The notes under the pieces were generated by a model. That model worked only from the letters and a program-made list of their open reading frames with translations, made no database searches and was not told where the DNA came from. Shown in pieces: positions 1-8,228 of a stretch of 29,489 nucleotides of DNA (position 1 is the stretch's first letter; each line of letters opens with the position of its first letter). Origin of the DNA: a virus (Duplodnaviria > Caudoviricetes); the IMG/VR virus record IMGVR_UViG_3300020426_000380, positions 1-29,489 of that record; one strand, written 5' to 3'. The position numbers and the translations under genes are program-made.

Positions 1-360
1 CTACGCCCCCCGTCTTTCGGCGGTCTGCCTCATGATTTCGTCGGCTATCGTGATGATTTCCTCGTCTGCTCGGATATCCGATCGGGCAGCGCTCGCTTCA
101 AATCCAATGATGCAGCCGATGTCGCCTGGACCAAGGCGCTGCGAGGCAATGGCGACAACCGCGTCCTTCCTCTCGGTCACGCACAAGTGAAGTTTCACAT
201 CGCCCGGGCGGACGTCGAACAACCATGATCGCGAACGAACGAACAGCGCACAGGGGATGCCATCCAACTCGGCTTGGGTGATAGGTGGCCGGATGAATGC
301 CGGGACCTGGATGGTACCGATCGTTTCGTCTCTCCAAAGAAGAGGAATTCGACGGATCAT
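1..360 (-). CDS. Hypothetical phage protein (119 aa)
   Basis: ATG at 360 overlaps the stop of the upstream gene (ATGA, 357-360); stop TAG at 1-3. Confidence 0.6.
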   Translation of the reverse strand: MIRRIPLLWRDETIGTIQVPAFIRPPITQAELDGIPCALFVRSRSWLFDVRPGDVKLHLCVTERKDAVVAIASQRLGPGDIGCIIGFEASAARSDIRADEEIITIADEIMRQTAERRGA

Positions 361-743
361 ATTTGACCCTCCGACGCACGCGGCCGGTGCCGGCAGCCGA
401 TGTCGCCGCGCACGCCGCATTTGAAGCAGGGGTCGCGATCGACCGGCTGGAAATCATCGGGCAGGTCGACCGGGCGAACCATGCCGCGCGCCGCGGTGCG
501 GCCGACATATTGATGCGAGCGCGTATAGTCCTGCCGGGGCGGCAGGGGTTCGCCGTCGAGCAGCGCCCGCACCCGCGCGAGGGTGACTTCGCGCGGGTGG
601 CTCGCCTGCGCGACATCCCGAAGCCAGCGATGGGGCGACGCTGACAAGGGCGCGATGAAGCGCAGGACGGGCAAGCCCTTGCTGCGCGCGGCGGCCTTCA
701 CCGCCGCGACAACTTCGGCGCCGTTCTCGAACTGGTGCGTCAT
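357..743 (-). CDS. Hypothetical protein with C-terminal CxxC-x6-CxH putative Zn-binding motif
   Basis: 128 aa ORF, ATGA-coupled at both ends; ends in PCFKCGVRGDIGCRH. Confidence 0.7.
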   Translation of the reverse strand: MTHQFENGAEVVAAVKAAARSKGLPVLRFIAPLSASPHRWLRDVAQASHPREVTLARVRALLDGEPLPPRQDYTRSHQYVGRTAARGMVRPVDLPDDFQPVDRDPCFKCGVRGDIGCRHRPRASEGQI

Positions 744-1033
744 GCCGGCACCCTCCGGCGCAGATGCTGCAGCTGCTCCACCCAGAGCGCGTCGTCGGCC
801 GCGTCGGTATCAGGCTGGACCTTGCGGAAGGCGGTAGCGTGCCAGAAGTGGTCGTCTGGGCCTTCTTCAAAGCGCAGGAACTGCCGATCGACGAAGCTGT
901 GTACCGCGTTGACGCGCAGCAGCTGCTCCTTCCTGGGCGCGATCGCCTTCATCCCGCAGGTGGGACGGCCGCAAGCACACCAGCGATCGTCGATGCAGAC
1001 AGCCAGATCACCGACTTTCCACTCGTCGCTCAT
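740..1033 (-). CDS. Hypothetical phage protein (WKVGDLAVC N-terminus, Cys cluster)
   Basis: 97 aa, ATGA-coupled at both ends, GGAG-type RBS upstream. Confidence 0.7.
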   Translation of the reverse strand: MSDEWKVGDLAVCIDDRWCACGRPTCGMKAIAPRKEQLLRVNAVHSFVDRQFLRFEEGPDDHFWHATAFRKVQPDTDAADDALWVEQLQHLRRRVPA

Positions 1034-1188
1034 GCCGCGATCTCCTCGTCGTCGGCCGCGGCCTCTTCATAGGATGTAGTGATGATGTGCGCGGCGGCGT
1101 CGGCGTCGACCTGCAGCTGACCGGGCGTCAGATATTGCAGGACCGGGAGGCTGCCCTTGGCGGGGGCGTTGCGGATTTTCTGGGTCAT
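1030..1188 (-). CDS. Small protein (52 aa), possibly an internally deleted remnant of a ParB-like gene
   Basis: Not in ORF track; hand translation MTQKIRNAPAKGSLPVLQYLTPGQLQVDADAAAHIITTSYEEAAADDEEIAA; ATGA overlaps at 1185-1188 and 1030-1033. Confidence 0.65.
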   Translation of the reverse strand: MTQKIRNAPAKGSLPVLQYLTPGQLQVDADAAAHIITTSYEEAAADDEEIAA

Positions 1189-3356
1189 GCCGCCTGCTCC
1201 TCATAGGCCCGGGCCAGGGTGCCGGGAGATTCCCGCGAGAAGCGCAGCATGGGGTGGACCCACGTCTTTACCCGGCGGAGGGCGCGGACGACGGGCGCGG
1301 ACAGTTCGGAGGCCTTGAGCTTTTCCATGGCGAGATATTCGCCGTGGGAGACATGGGGGTGGACGAGCTCCAGCCGTTTCGCGCGGGGCAGCAGGTCGAG
1401 CAGTTCCTCGGTCGGCTCGACCAGTTCGTGCTGGTCGCCCTCGGTGAAGCCGGCGAGGGTGGCGAGGCGATCGTGCAGCGCGACCTGATAGCCGGGCGCG
1501 TTGGCCGAGCGTTCGAGCGCGCAGCCGACGACGATCGCTGCGACCATGGCGCGGAACCCATGGTTCTCGGCGCGGTAGGCATCGAAGGCTTCGATCAGAT
1601 CCGGCCCCGCCATGCTGGGGTGCGCCTTGATCCGTTCAACCGCATATTTCCATGTCGAGTGCGCCTGGGTCGCATCGACGAAGGCTGCAGCGCCGGCGAC
1701 CAGTTCATGGCGCACCGACAGGCCGGCCATGCCGCGTTCATGCGCCTGCCGGCCGGGCTGCATCATCCCGGCGGTGGTCAGGCGATCGCGCGCCAAGGAC
1801 CAGACCAGATAGTCGAGCGCCAGCGGCGTATCGCCCGCCGGCACGCCTTCGGCCTGTTCGACCAGCATCGCACGCAGCATTTCGCGGCGCAGCGTTCGCA
1901 TGATCTGGACGCCTTCGGCCGTCAGGCCATGCTGGTCGCGGATCGCATCGTCGGCCATGCGGCGCTTTTCCCAACCGCCGCCATTCTCGATCGCCTCCCC
2001 TGATCCTGCCAAAGGCGCGGGAGCTACCTTGCTGACGGTAATCGAATTAGGGATCGGACCAGCCGAAATGGGTTTCGTTTCCGGGGCGTCAGGCAGTTTG
2101 CGGGCGGCGGCTTCGGCCTTCTGCTTGGCCTTGCGGTCCGCCCACCAGAAGCGCAATTCGGCATCGCCATCATCGGTGACGATCAGCGTGGCATAGGCGC
2201 TCTGCGTCGGCAGGGCGATGTGCAGGCGGTCCTGCAGCTGCGCGGCCATGGCTTCGAGCGGCTCATAATGCTCGTCGATCGCTGCGATGATCTGGGCGAC
2301 GGTCGCCTCGTCGAGATCCGCATCGTCGAGGGCGCCGATCGCCTGATTCTCCAGTCGCGCCATCCAGAAGCCGAGCCAAGCCTGCAGCTGCGCGTCGGCC
2401 GCGTCGGCGGGCGCGGGTTCGGCGATGATCTCGAGCGCATGATCCACGCCCTGGTCGTAATTGCCGAGCATGAGGCGCGGGGCGGCGCTTTCGAACTTCA
2501 GGGCGGCGGGGCCGCCGGCGTTGGCGACCTGCCTGCGCACGCGGGCGCGGATCGCCTCCAGCTTCGCGTCGCCCATCTGCAGCAGCAGCCCTTCGTCGGC
2601 GACGCGGCCGCGCTGGTCGGCCTGATCGGCGAAGAGATCGAGCTCGTAACGGCCGCCGGCGCCAGCATAGGCGTCGGCGCCGACGAAGCGCAGCATCTTT
2701 TCGAGCTCGCGATCGCCGACCTTGAGCAGCTTGCGGATCTCGGCCGCGCCACGCCGCCAGTCGCCGGGGGCATGGCGGCAGATCTGTTCGAAGACGTGCA
2801 GCTGCAGGGCGACATCCTCGGTCGCGCCCAGGGCCTTGGCCTGCTCCTGCCCGATCTCGCCGGCTTCCAGTGCGGCGAAGATGGTGGGGTGAAGATTGCC
2901 GAGGCGGGCCCAGCCGCGCACGATGTCGACAGTCTGGCCGTTGGTTTCGGCGATTTCCTGCAGCGACCGGCCGGCCGCGTGGGCGTGGGCGACCGCGGCG
3001 TAGACCTCATAGGAACGCAGATCGCGGCGCGGCAGGTTCTCGGCGAGGCTGAGCTCGCGCAGTTCGCCTTCGTCGCTGATGTCGGTGATGACGACGTCGA
3101 TCGGGTGGTCGGCCGGCAGGCTGCCGGCGTCGATCAGCTTACGGAAGGCGCGCAGGCGGCGGCCGCCGGCGATCGCGCCCCATGTGCGCTTCTTGCAGCG
3201 CCCGTTCTTCATCGGGTGGACGGTGAGGGGGTGGAGCTGCCCGCGCTTCAGTAGGGATTGGGCGAGGCCGTCGACGGCGTTGGCGTCGGCCTGGTTGGTG
3301 CGGACGTTGAAGGGCGAGACGCATAGCGCGTCGATGGTCATCGTGGTAACGGACAT
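1185..3356 (-). CDS. Large ParB/RepB/Spo0J-family protein (723 aa)
   Basis: ParB N-domain motifs SPFNVR, GQLHPLTV, AGGRRLRA, SLAENLPRRDL followed by HTH region; RBS AGGAGAAG before ATG 3356. Confidence 0.88.
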   Translation of the reverse strand: MSVTTMTIDALCVSPFNVRTNQADANAVDGLAQSLLKRGQLHPLTVHPMKNGRCKKRTWGAIAGGRRLRAFRKLIDAGSLPADHPIDVVITDISDEGELRELSLAENLPRRDLRSYEVYAAVAHAHAAGRSLQEIAETNGQTVDIVRGWARLGNLHPTIFAALEAGEIGQEQAKALGATEDVALQLHVFEQICRHAPGDWRRGAAEIRKLLKVGDRELEKMLRFVGADAYAGAGGRYELDLFADQADQRGRVADEGLLLQMGDAKLEAIRARVRRQVANAGGPAALKFESAAPRLMLGNYDQGVDHALEIIAEPAPADAADAQLQAWLGFWMARLENQAIGALDDADLDEATVAQIIAAIDEHYEPLEAMAAQLQDRLHIALPTQSAYATLIVTDDGDAELRFWWADRKAKQKAEAAARKLPDAPETKPISAGPIPNSITVSKVAPAPLAGSGEAIENGGGWEKRRMADDAIRDQHGLTAEGVQIMRTLRREMLRAMLVEQAEGVPAGDTPLALDYLVWSLARDRLTTAGMMQPGRQAHERGMAGLSVRHELVAGAAAFVDATQAHSTWKYAVERIKAHPSMAGPDLIEAFDAYRAENHGFRAMVAAIVVGCALERSANAPGYQVALHDRLATLAGFTEGDQHELVEPTEELLDLLPRAKRLELVHPHVSHGEYLAMEKLKASELSAPVVRALRRVKTWVHPMLRFSRESPGTLARAYEEQAA

Positions 3357-3408
3357 CGGTCTTCTCCTGGATATGCACTCCTTCGTGCGGTCGACTACGG
3401 GATTGGAT

Positions 3409-3444
3409 GGTGCGGACCGGGAGGGCGTAGGCCCGGTCCGCACC
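3409..3444. repeat. Perfect 13-bp inverted repeat (hairpin) upstream of the parB-like gene
   Basis: GGTGCGGACCGGG (3409-3421), 10-nt loop, CCCGGTCCGCACC (3432-3444). Confidence 0.8.
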
Positions 3445-3607
3445 CGCAGCGCCTGCCGGGGCGAGCTTGGGGAAGTGGCAGACGCAGCGTCGGGGGAGGC
3501 GACCAGCAGAAGCTGGCGGCCGTCATTCGGAAATTGCGCGTCGAGCGCGCGGCATTCGACGCACGCGCAGAGGTCGAAGCGTGGCGCGTGACGCGCTTCG
3601 ACGGCCG

Positions 3608-3793
3608 TCACAGCTCCCGCTCCTCGGGGGCGTCGATCGTCATGGTGGCGTCGCAGCAGCGCGGCCAGCCATGGCGCATGGCGCCGACCGGATCGACGCG
3701 GGTGGAGCGGCCGCAGGCGCGGCACCAGACGCGCCCGCGCTGCAGCCGGGCGTGGCTGGCGGCGAGGCGATCGTGCAGGCCGGCGCACATCAT
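3608..3793 (-). CDS. Small Zn-ribbon-like protein (61 aa)
   Basis: WCRACG...WPRCC motifs; ATGA-coupled to upstream gene. Confidence 0.65.
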   Translation of the reverse strand: MMCAGLHDRLAASHARLQRGRVWCRACGRSTRVDPVGAMRHGWPRCCDATMTIDAPEEREL

Positions 3794-3969
3794 GCCGTGA
3801 CCGGCGCGAACAGGATCGCGCGGACGCGGTCCTTCGTCATGGTGCGATCGAGACGGTAGGCGCGGCTGTGCACCTGGGCCACGCTGTCGCCGGCCGCGAA
3901 CATGGCGCGCAGTTCGTCGGGGGTGTAGGGCGCGGCGCGGCGCGTGCTGGCGGGGTGACCGGCGGCCAT
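3790..3969 (-). CDS. Hypothetical protein (59 aa)
   Basis: Not in ORF track; hand translation MAAGHPASTRRAAPYTPDELRAMFAAGDSVAQVHSRAYRLDRTMTKDRVRAILFAPVTA; fills the gap and is coupled to the next gene. Confidence 0.65.
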   Translation of the reverse strand: MAAGHPASTRRAAPYTPDELRAMFAAGDSVAQVHSRAYRLDRTMTKDRVRAILFAPVTA

Positions 3970-3971
3970 GG

Positions 3972-4298
3972 CTACATGCCCTCCATCTGCTGCTCGATCG
4001 AGATGAGCCCGTCGATCATGCCGCGCAGGCCGCGGCGGCTCATGGCGAGCGCGATAGCCTCGCCAGTGGGCGCGAAGGGGTTGCCGCCCCAGATGGCGAT
4101 CAGCGCCTTGTTGAGCTCCGGCACCGGGGCCCAGCCGAGCGCAGCGCCTTCGCAGACGGGCAGCAGCTGGAACATGCCGGCGCGAAAGCCGTCGGGGATC
4201 CAGGCGCGCCCATCGTCATCCAGCAGGATGGGAATCGAGAAGGGCGGAATCGGATCGGCCTTGATCGGCGGCAGGAGTTCGACCGAGGGGATCATCAT
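3972..4298 (-). CDS. Hypothetical phage protein (108 aa)
   Basis: ATGA overlap with the GapR stop; GC3-rich codon usage. Confidence 0.7.
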   Translation of the reverse strand: MMIPSVELLPPIKADPIPPFSIPILLDDDGRAWIPDGFRAGMFQLLPVCEGAALGWAPVPELNKALIAIWGGNPFAPTGEAIALAMSRRGLRGMIDGLISIEQQMEGM

Positions 4299-4537
4299 TC
4301 CATCCCCAGCGCGGCGAGATAGGTCTGGAGGATGGCCTCCATTTCCTGCCGGTCGTGGGGCTGCATCTTCCGCAGGCGGATGATCTGCCGCATGATCTTG
4401 CCATCGTAACCGTTGGCCTTGGCTTCGAGATAGACATCCTTGATGTCGTCCCCGATGCCCTTCTTTTCCTCCTCCAGGCGCTCGATGCGCTCGATGAACT
4501 TGCGCAGCTGATCGGCGGCGACGTTGCCCTCGCTCAT
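4295..4537 (-). CDS. gapR: GapR / DUF2312 (UPF0335) nucleoid-associated protein
   Basis: [51 protein letters not shown] is the DUF2312 signature. Confidence 0.92.
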   Translation of the reverse strand: MSEGNVAADQLRKFIERIERLEEEKKGIGDDIKDVYLEAKANGYDGKIMRQIIRLRKMQPHDRQEMEAILQTYLAALGME

Positions 4538-4785
4538 ATCAGACGCCCCATTTCATAGCCGAGGAAAGCCGCGACGGCGGTGCTCATGTCGAAGCGCATT
4601 GTTTCCGGCGCACTCGCGACCACGGCGACGGCGCCTTCCAAATGCATCTGGAGCAGCGACCAGATCATTTGATCGGGTGCGATATCGTTGTCCCGGGCCA
4701 CGTCGCGAAGCTCTGGCTCCAAACCGATCACCGACGCCCCCTTCAGGCGCTGAACCAGCTGCTCTGAAACCGCTGGCCCGATCAT
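4534..4785 (-). CDS. Hypothetical protein (83 aa)
   Basis: ATG 4785 overlaps the upstream stop; its stop overlaps the gapR start. Confidence 0.6.
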   Translation of the reverse strand: MIGPAVSEQLVQRLKGASVIGLEPELRDVARDNDIAPDQMIWSLLQMHLEGAVAVVASAPETMRFDMSTAVAAFLGYEMGRLI

Positions 4786-5000
4786 GGCTGCCACCACCAG
4801 ATCAGGGCGACGACGATCAGGCCGGCGATCGTGCCGGCGCGCCAGAGGCGGTCGAGCTCTCGCAGGTCGGCATCGATGTCGGATTGCGCGTCGTCGATGA
4901 AGCTCAGGCTCTGAGCGGGTTGGTGCCAGAAGGCGGCGTCGGGATCGTCCAGCACATAGTCACGGCGACCGTGCTTGCTGGGGCGGAAGGGCGCGTTCAT
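4782..5000 (-). CDS. Small protein with C-terminal transmembrane segment (72 aa)
   Basis: MNAPFRP... ends [18 protein letters not shown]; RBS AAGGAG upstream of ATG 5000. Confidence 0.7.
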   Translation of the reverse strand: MNAPFRPSKHGRRDYVLDDPDAAFWHQPAQSLSFIDDAQSDIDADLRELDRLWRAGTIAGLIVVALIWWWQP

Positions 5001-5004
5001 GGGA

Positions 5005-5409
5005 TCAGTTCTCCTTTGCGGTGGCGAAGGACGGGAAGGGGGCGGGGACGCAGGCGGTGCAGCTGTCGGGGCCCGACCAGCTGCAGGTGGCATGTCCGTC
5101 GAAGCAGGCGTCCTTTTCGGAGCAGCCGCAGGTCATGCAGAGGCGGGGCGCGGGATCGATCGCGTCCTCGCCATAGCTGCGGATGGTGATGAGCTGCTCC
5201 AGGACCGTGCGGGAAAAGCGGAAGGCGTCGGCCAGGGTAGCGATGACGTCGGGGCTGAGCGCCGCGACGTCATGTTCGATGCGATCGATCCACGCGACCT
5301 TGTCGACGCCGCCCCAGCGGGGGTTGGTGTGCACCATGGCCGCCAGGTCGATGATAGAAAGGCCGGCGGCGACGCGGCGCTTCTTCAGGTAGGTGCCGGG
5401 GGTCATCAT
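5005..5409 (-). CDS. XRE-family HTH protein with C-terminal Cys-rich Zn-finger
   Basis: YLKKRRVAAGLSIIDLAAMV HTH start; CMTCGC...C...CSW...CTAC tail; RBS AGGAG. Confidence 0.8.
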   Translation of the reverse strand: MMTPGTYLKKRRVAAGLSIIDLAAMVHTNPRWGGVDKVAWIDRIEHDVAALSPDVIATLADAFRFSRTVLEQLITIRSYGEDAIDPAPRLCMTCGCSEKDACFDGHATCSWSGPDSCTACVPAPFPSFATAKEN

Positions 5410-5510
5410 CGAGCGTCTCCTGGCAACAGAAAGGCCATCCCGGAAGCGCGGTGCGCCGGCTGGCTGGCATGATTTGATCGGGTTTTGATCGGCGGCGTCC
5501 CGCTGGGCGA

Positions 5511-5990
5511 TCAGGGCGGGGCCTGGGCGCGCGGGGCGTCGACCTGTTCCAGGACGAGCAGGGCGCGTTTCATCGACTCGATCGCCTCGATCAGTTCGCG
5601 CTGCGCCTCGCGCCGGTCGCCGGGTGTGGCGTCGGGCAGAGCAGCGTCGATCAGGGCGGCCTCGGCCTGTCCGGTTTCGCGGACCACGGCCGAGGCAAGC
5701 TGAAGGATGTCGAAGGCGTTGACGAAGGACGTGCGCTGAGCGGCGCCGACCCTATAGCCATAGGCCTCGTAGCAGGGCAGGCCCGCGCCGCCGGCGGCCT
5801 GAAAGGCGATGTCGAGCGCGATCGCCGCGGGCAGGTTGATCTGCTCGTCCCGGTCCTCGTCGCCCCAAGCGCGCACGGTGCGCTCGGCATAGCCGGTCAG
5901 CCGCGCCATGTCGGCCCAGCTGCCCGGCAATTGCCCCGCAATGCGCGCGAGCGCCGCGTCGAGCGAGATCGGGGCGCGCTCTTTCGTCAT
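5511..5990 (-). CDS. CII-like phage transcriptional regulator (159 aa)
   Basis: N-terminal HTH (WADMARLTGYAERTVRAWGD) plus C-terminal helical RETGQA...RELIEAI pattern; lies downstream of cro. Confidence 0.7.
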   Translation of the reverse strand: MTKERAPISLDAALARIAGQLPGSWADMARLTGYAERTVRAWGDEDRDEQINLPAAIALDIAFQAAGGAGLPCYEAYGYRVGAAQRTSFVNAFDILQLASAVVRETGQAEAALIDAALPDATPGDRREAQRELIEAIESMKRALLVLEQVDAPRAQAPP

Positions 5991-6289
5991 TGTCCGGCAC
6001 CCCGGCCTGGTGCGACCCGAAGGCTCTTCGGCCCAGGACGGGGCTTTTCCGTCGCGCGCGGTGCATCGGCCAGGATGCGGGCTGCAGACGGACGGGGATG
6101 GCCGGCGCACCCCAGGAAATCAGGAAGGAAGGCCGCCGCCGGATAACGGTTGTTCAGGGCGATTCCGGCGGCGGCAGTGTGCCCGGCGGCATGTCGGGAG
6201 CCGGGGGTAAGGGCGCGCAGCCCAAAGGCGCGCGATGATTGGGAGAGACGGGGCCGTGCGGCGCACATAGCGGGAGAGGATGCGATCAT
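5987..6289 (-). CDS. Possible low-complexity ORF (100 aa) between cro and cII
   Basis: ATGA overlaps at both ends (6286-6289, 5987-5990), but composition is not protein-like and the region is hairpin-rich. Confidence 0.35.
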   Translation of the reverse strand: MIASSPAMCAARPRLSQSSRAFGLRALTPGSRHAAGHTAAAGIALNNRYPAAAFLPDFLGCAGHPRPSAARILADAPRATEKPRPGPKSLRVAPGRGAGQ

Positions 6290-6564
6290 GGCCGCACCCC
6301 TTCGAGACGATCGTCGTCGCCTTGCGGCGCTGGCGTTGCTTCGCGCGGGTAGAGGTCGGGGCGAAGATCGTGGCGGGATATGCCGGTGGCTTCCTCGACC
6401 TTCAGAACGTGTTCGGCGGGGAGGGGTTTTGCCCTGTCCAGCCATGCCCAAACCGTTGGCTGCGTGACCCCGATGAGGCGCGCCATCGCCGACTGGCCAC
6501 CAAGAGCCGTCACAGCCCTCTTGAGGGCTTCGAAAGACGGTTCGGAATGAGCATCTGCGGACAT
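6286..6564 (-). CDS. Cro-like / YdaS-family HTH regulator (92 aa)
   Basis: GGQSAMARLIGVTQPTVWAWL...VLKVEEATGISRHDLRPDLYP is typical of YdaS/Cro; divergent from cI. Confidence 0.9.
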   Translation of the reverse strand: MSADAHSEPSFEALKRAVTALGGQSAMARLIGVTQPTVWAWLDRAKPLPAEHVLKVEEATGISRHDLRPDLYPREATPAPQGDDDRLEGVRP

Positions 6565-6580
6565 GATGATTTGGGACTCG

Positions 6581-6642
6581 ATAGGTTTGCCTATTGGCCA
6601 AGCAATAGCACGACCTTCGTGGAACGCAATAGGGGAAACTAT
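6581..6642. promoter_or_regulatory. Three operator sites ATAG-N6-CTAT in the cI/cro intergenic region
   Basis: ATAGgtttgcCTAT 6581-6594; ATAGcacgacCTtc 6605-6618; ATAGgggaaaCTAT 6629-6642; exact 24-bp period. Confidence 0.8.
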
Positions 6643-6655
6643 AGAATTCCGCCCC

Positions 6656-7042
6656 ATGATTGTGGGTGAGCGAGTGAAAGAGCGAATGGAGGCCGCAGGC
6701 CTCAGCCAAGCGGAACTCGCCCGCAGGGTCGGCATGGCTCAACCCTCAATTTTCCAATTGATTAACCGCGGAAAGAAGGGATCGACGAAGCTTCATCTCA
6801 TTGCGCGCGAGTTGCAGACGACTCCGGCTTATTTGTCGGGGGAAACGGACGATCCGCAGGGCGATGCACCGCCGCAGCCGACCCTTGATGCGGACGAGCG
6901 CGATCTGATCGACAATTTTAAGTATCTGACCCCGGCCGATCGCCGTGCACTGCTGCAGATCGCCAGGACGATGGCGGGAGGTCCAACGCCGTCCCAGACG
7001 GTGCACGCCCCCGCGCGGGGGTATCGAGGGGAAAAGAAGTAG
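6656..7042 (+). CDS. CI-like XRE repressor lacking an S24 autopeptidase domain (128 aa)
   Basis: GERVKERMEAAGLSQAELARRVGMAQPSIFQL...IARELQTTPAYL; TAGAAT 8 nt before ATG and no RBS, suggesting a leaderless mRNA. Confidence 0.88.
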   Translation: MIVGERVKERMEAAGLSQAELARRVGMAQPSIFQLINRGKKGSTKLHLIARELQTTPAYLSGETDDPQGDAPPQPTLDADERDLIDNFKYLTPADRRALLQIARTMAGGPTPSQTVHAPARGYRGEKK

Positions 7043-7131
7043 GCGCCGCGAGTGCGGTCTACCAACCGGCTGCATGAAAGGTGGCGTTTACGTCATACCG
7101 AGCACCACTGGGAATTTAAATAGGACGTCTG

Positions 7132-8223
7132 ATGAGTAATCAAATCGAGTTTAAAACCCCGGACGACCTGAGCTTGGACATTAAAAATCCCCGTTTCGGC
7201 TTGTTGGAAGCCGGAAACGAGGAGGAAGCACTCCGGATCCTGGTAGAATCGGCTGATCTCAAGGAACTGTGGAACTCGATCTCCATCCGCGGCTTCGAGC
7301 CATTCGAGCCGCTGGTCGCGACGAAGGAGGATGGGCGTCTTGTCGTGCTGGAAGGCAACCGGCGCCTGGCAGCGGTCAAACTGCTTTTGAACCCTGACCT
7401 TCTTCCGTACGAATCCCGGCGAAAAATACCGGACATGCCTGCGAACAAGATCGACAGCTGCCGCAGTTTGCCCGTCATAGAGGTTCCCGATCGCGCAGCC
7501 GCAAACGGTTATATCGGGTTCAAGCACGTCAATGGGCCGGCGCGTTGGTCGTCGCTTGCGAAGGCACGCTTCGGCGTCAATTTTTTTGAGACGATGGAGA
7601 GTACTCTCTCTCCACACGAGCGCCTTCAATCACTTTCAAAGCAATTGGGTGACAGCCGGAGCGTCATCATCCGGTTGCTGGTAGCATACAAGATTGTCGA
7701 GCAGGCCCGTAATCTCGGGATCTTCGATATCCTTGCCGTGGATGAAAGCGAGATCGAATTTTCGCATCTCTATACTCTTATAAATAATCCCCAAACGCGC
7801 GAAAGATTTGGAATTTCGTCAGCTCCGTTAAGTGAGAATTTGATCGTATCCAATCCGATACCGGCAACGCACAAGGATGTGTTTCTGGAAATTTTGGGTT
7901 GGCTTTACGGCAAAAACTCGGTGATCAAATCGCAAGGCACTGATCGCCCAAGATTGCAAAAGGTGTTGGCCAGTGATGCTGGCATAGCAGAACTCCGTTC
8001 CACCAACGATCTGGCTGCCGCAGAGGCCGCTGCCGGGATCGTTGAGCAAGATTGGCTTCGTTCACTTGCTCAGGTCGCCGCCCAGATGCGAAAAGCCGCT
8101 GCCGATGCAGCGCAGATGAGCGGTGAACTGGACAAGGACCAGATCGCGCACGTGAGATCGTACGTCAAAAGGATTGGTACGTCTGTCGCCCAGATTTCCG
8201 TCATTCTGCCGCCGGAAGACTGA
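7132..8223 (+). CDS. ParB/sulfiredoxin-like N-terminal domain protein (candidate defence component A)
   Basis: LDIKNPRF, SISIRGFEPFEPL, VVLEGNRRLAAVKLL, GFKHVNGPARWSSLAKA motifs; lower GC than backbone. Confidence 0.8.
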   Translation: MSNQIEFKTPDDLSLDIKNPRFGLLEAGNEEEALRILVESADLKELWNSISIRGFEPFEPLVATKEDGRLVVLEGNRRLAAVKLLLNPDLLPYESRRKIPDMPANKIDSCRSLPVIEVPDRAAANGYIGFKHVNGPARWSSLAKARFGVNFFETMESTLSPHERLQSLSKQLGDSRSVIIRLLVAYKIVEQARNLGIFDILAVDESEIEFSHLYTLINNPQTRERFGISSAPLSENLIVSNPIPATHKDVFLEILGWLYGKNSVIKSQGTDRPRLQKVLASDAGIAELRSTNDLAAAEAAAGIVEQDWLRSLAQVAAQMRKAAADAAQMSGELDKDQIAHVRSYVKRIGTSVAQISVILPPED

Positions 8224-8228
8224 GAAGG

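Noticed and set aside
1254-3254. Long plus-strand ORFs (1254-2003, 2220-3254)
   Set aside because: Antisense shadows of the GC3-rich parB-like gene; no motifs or RBS
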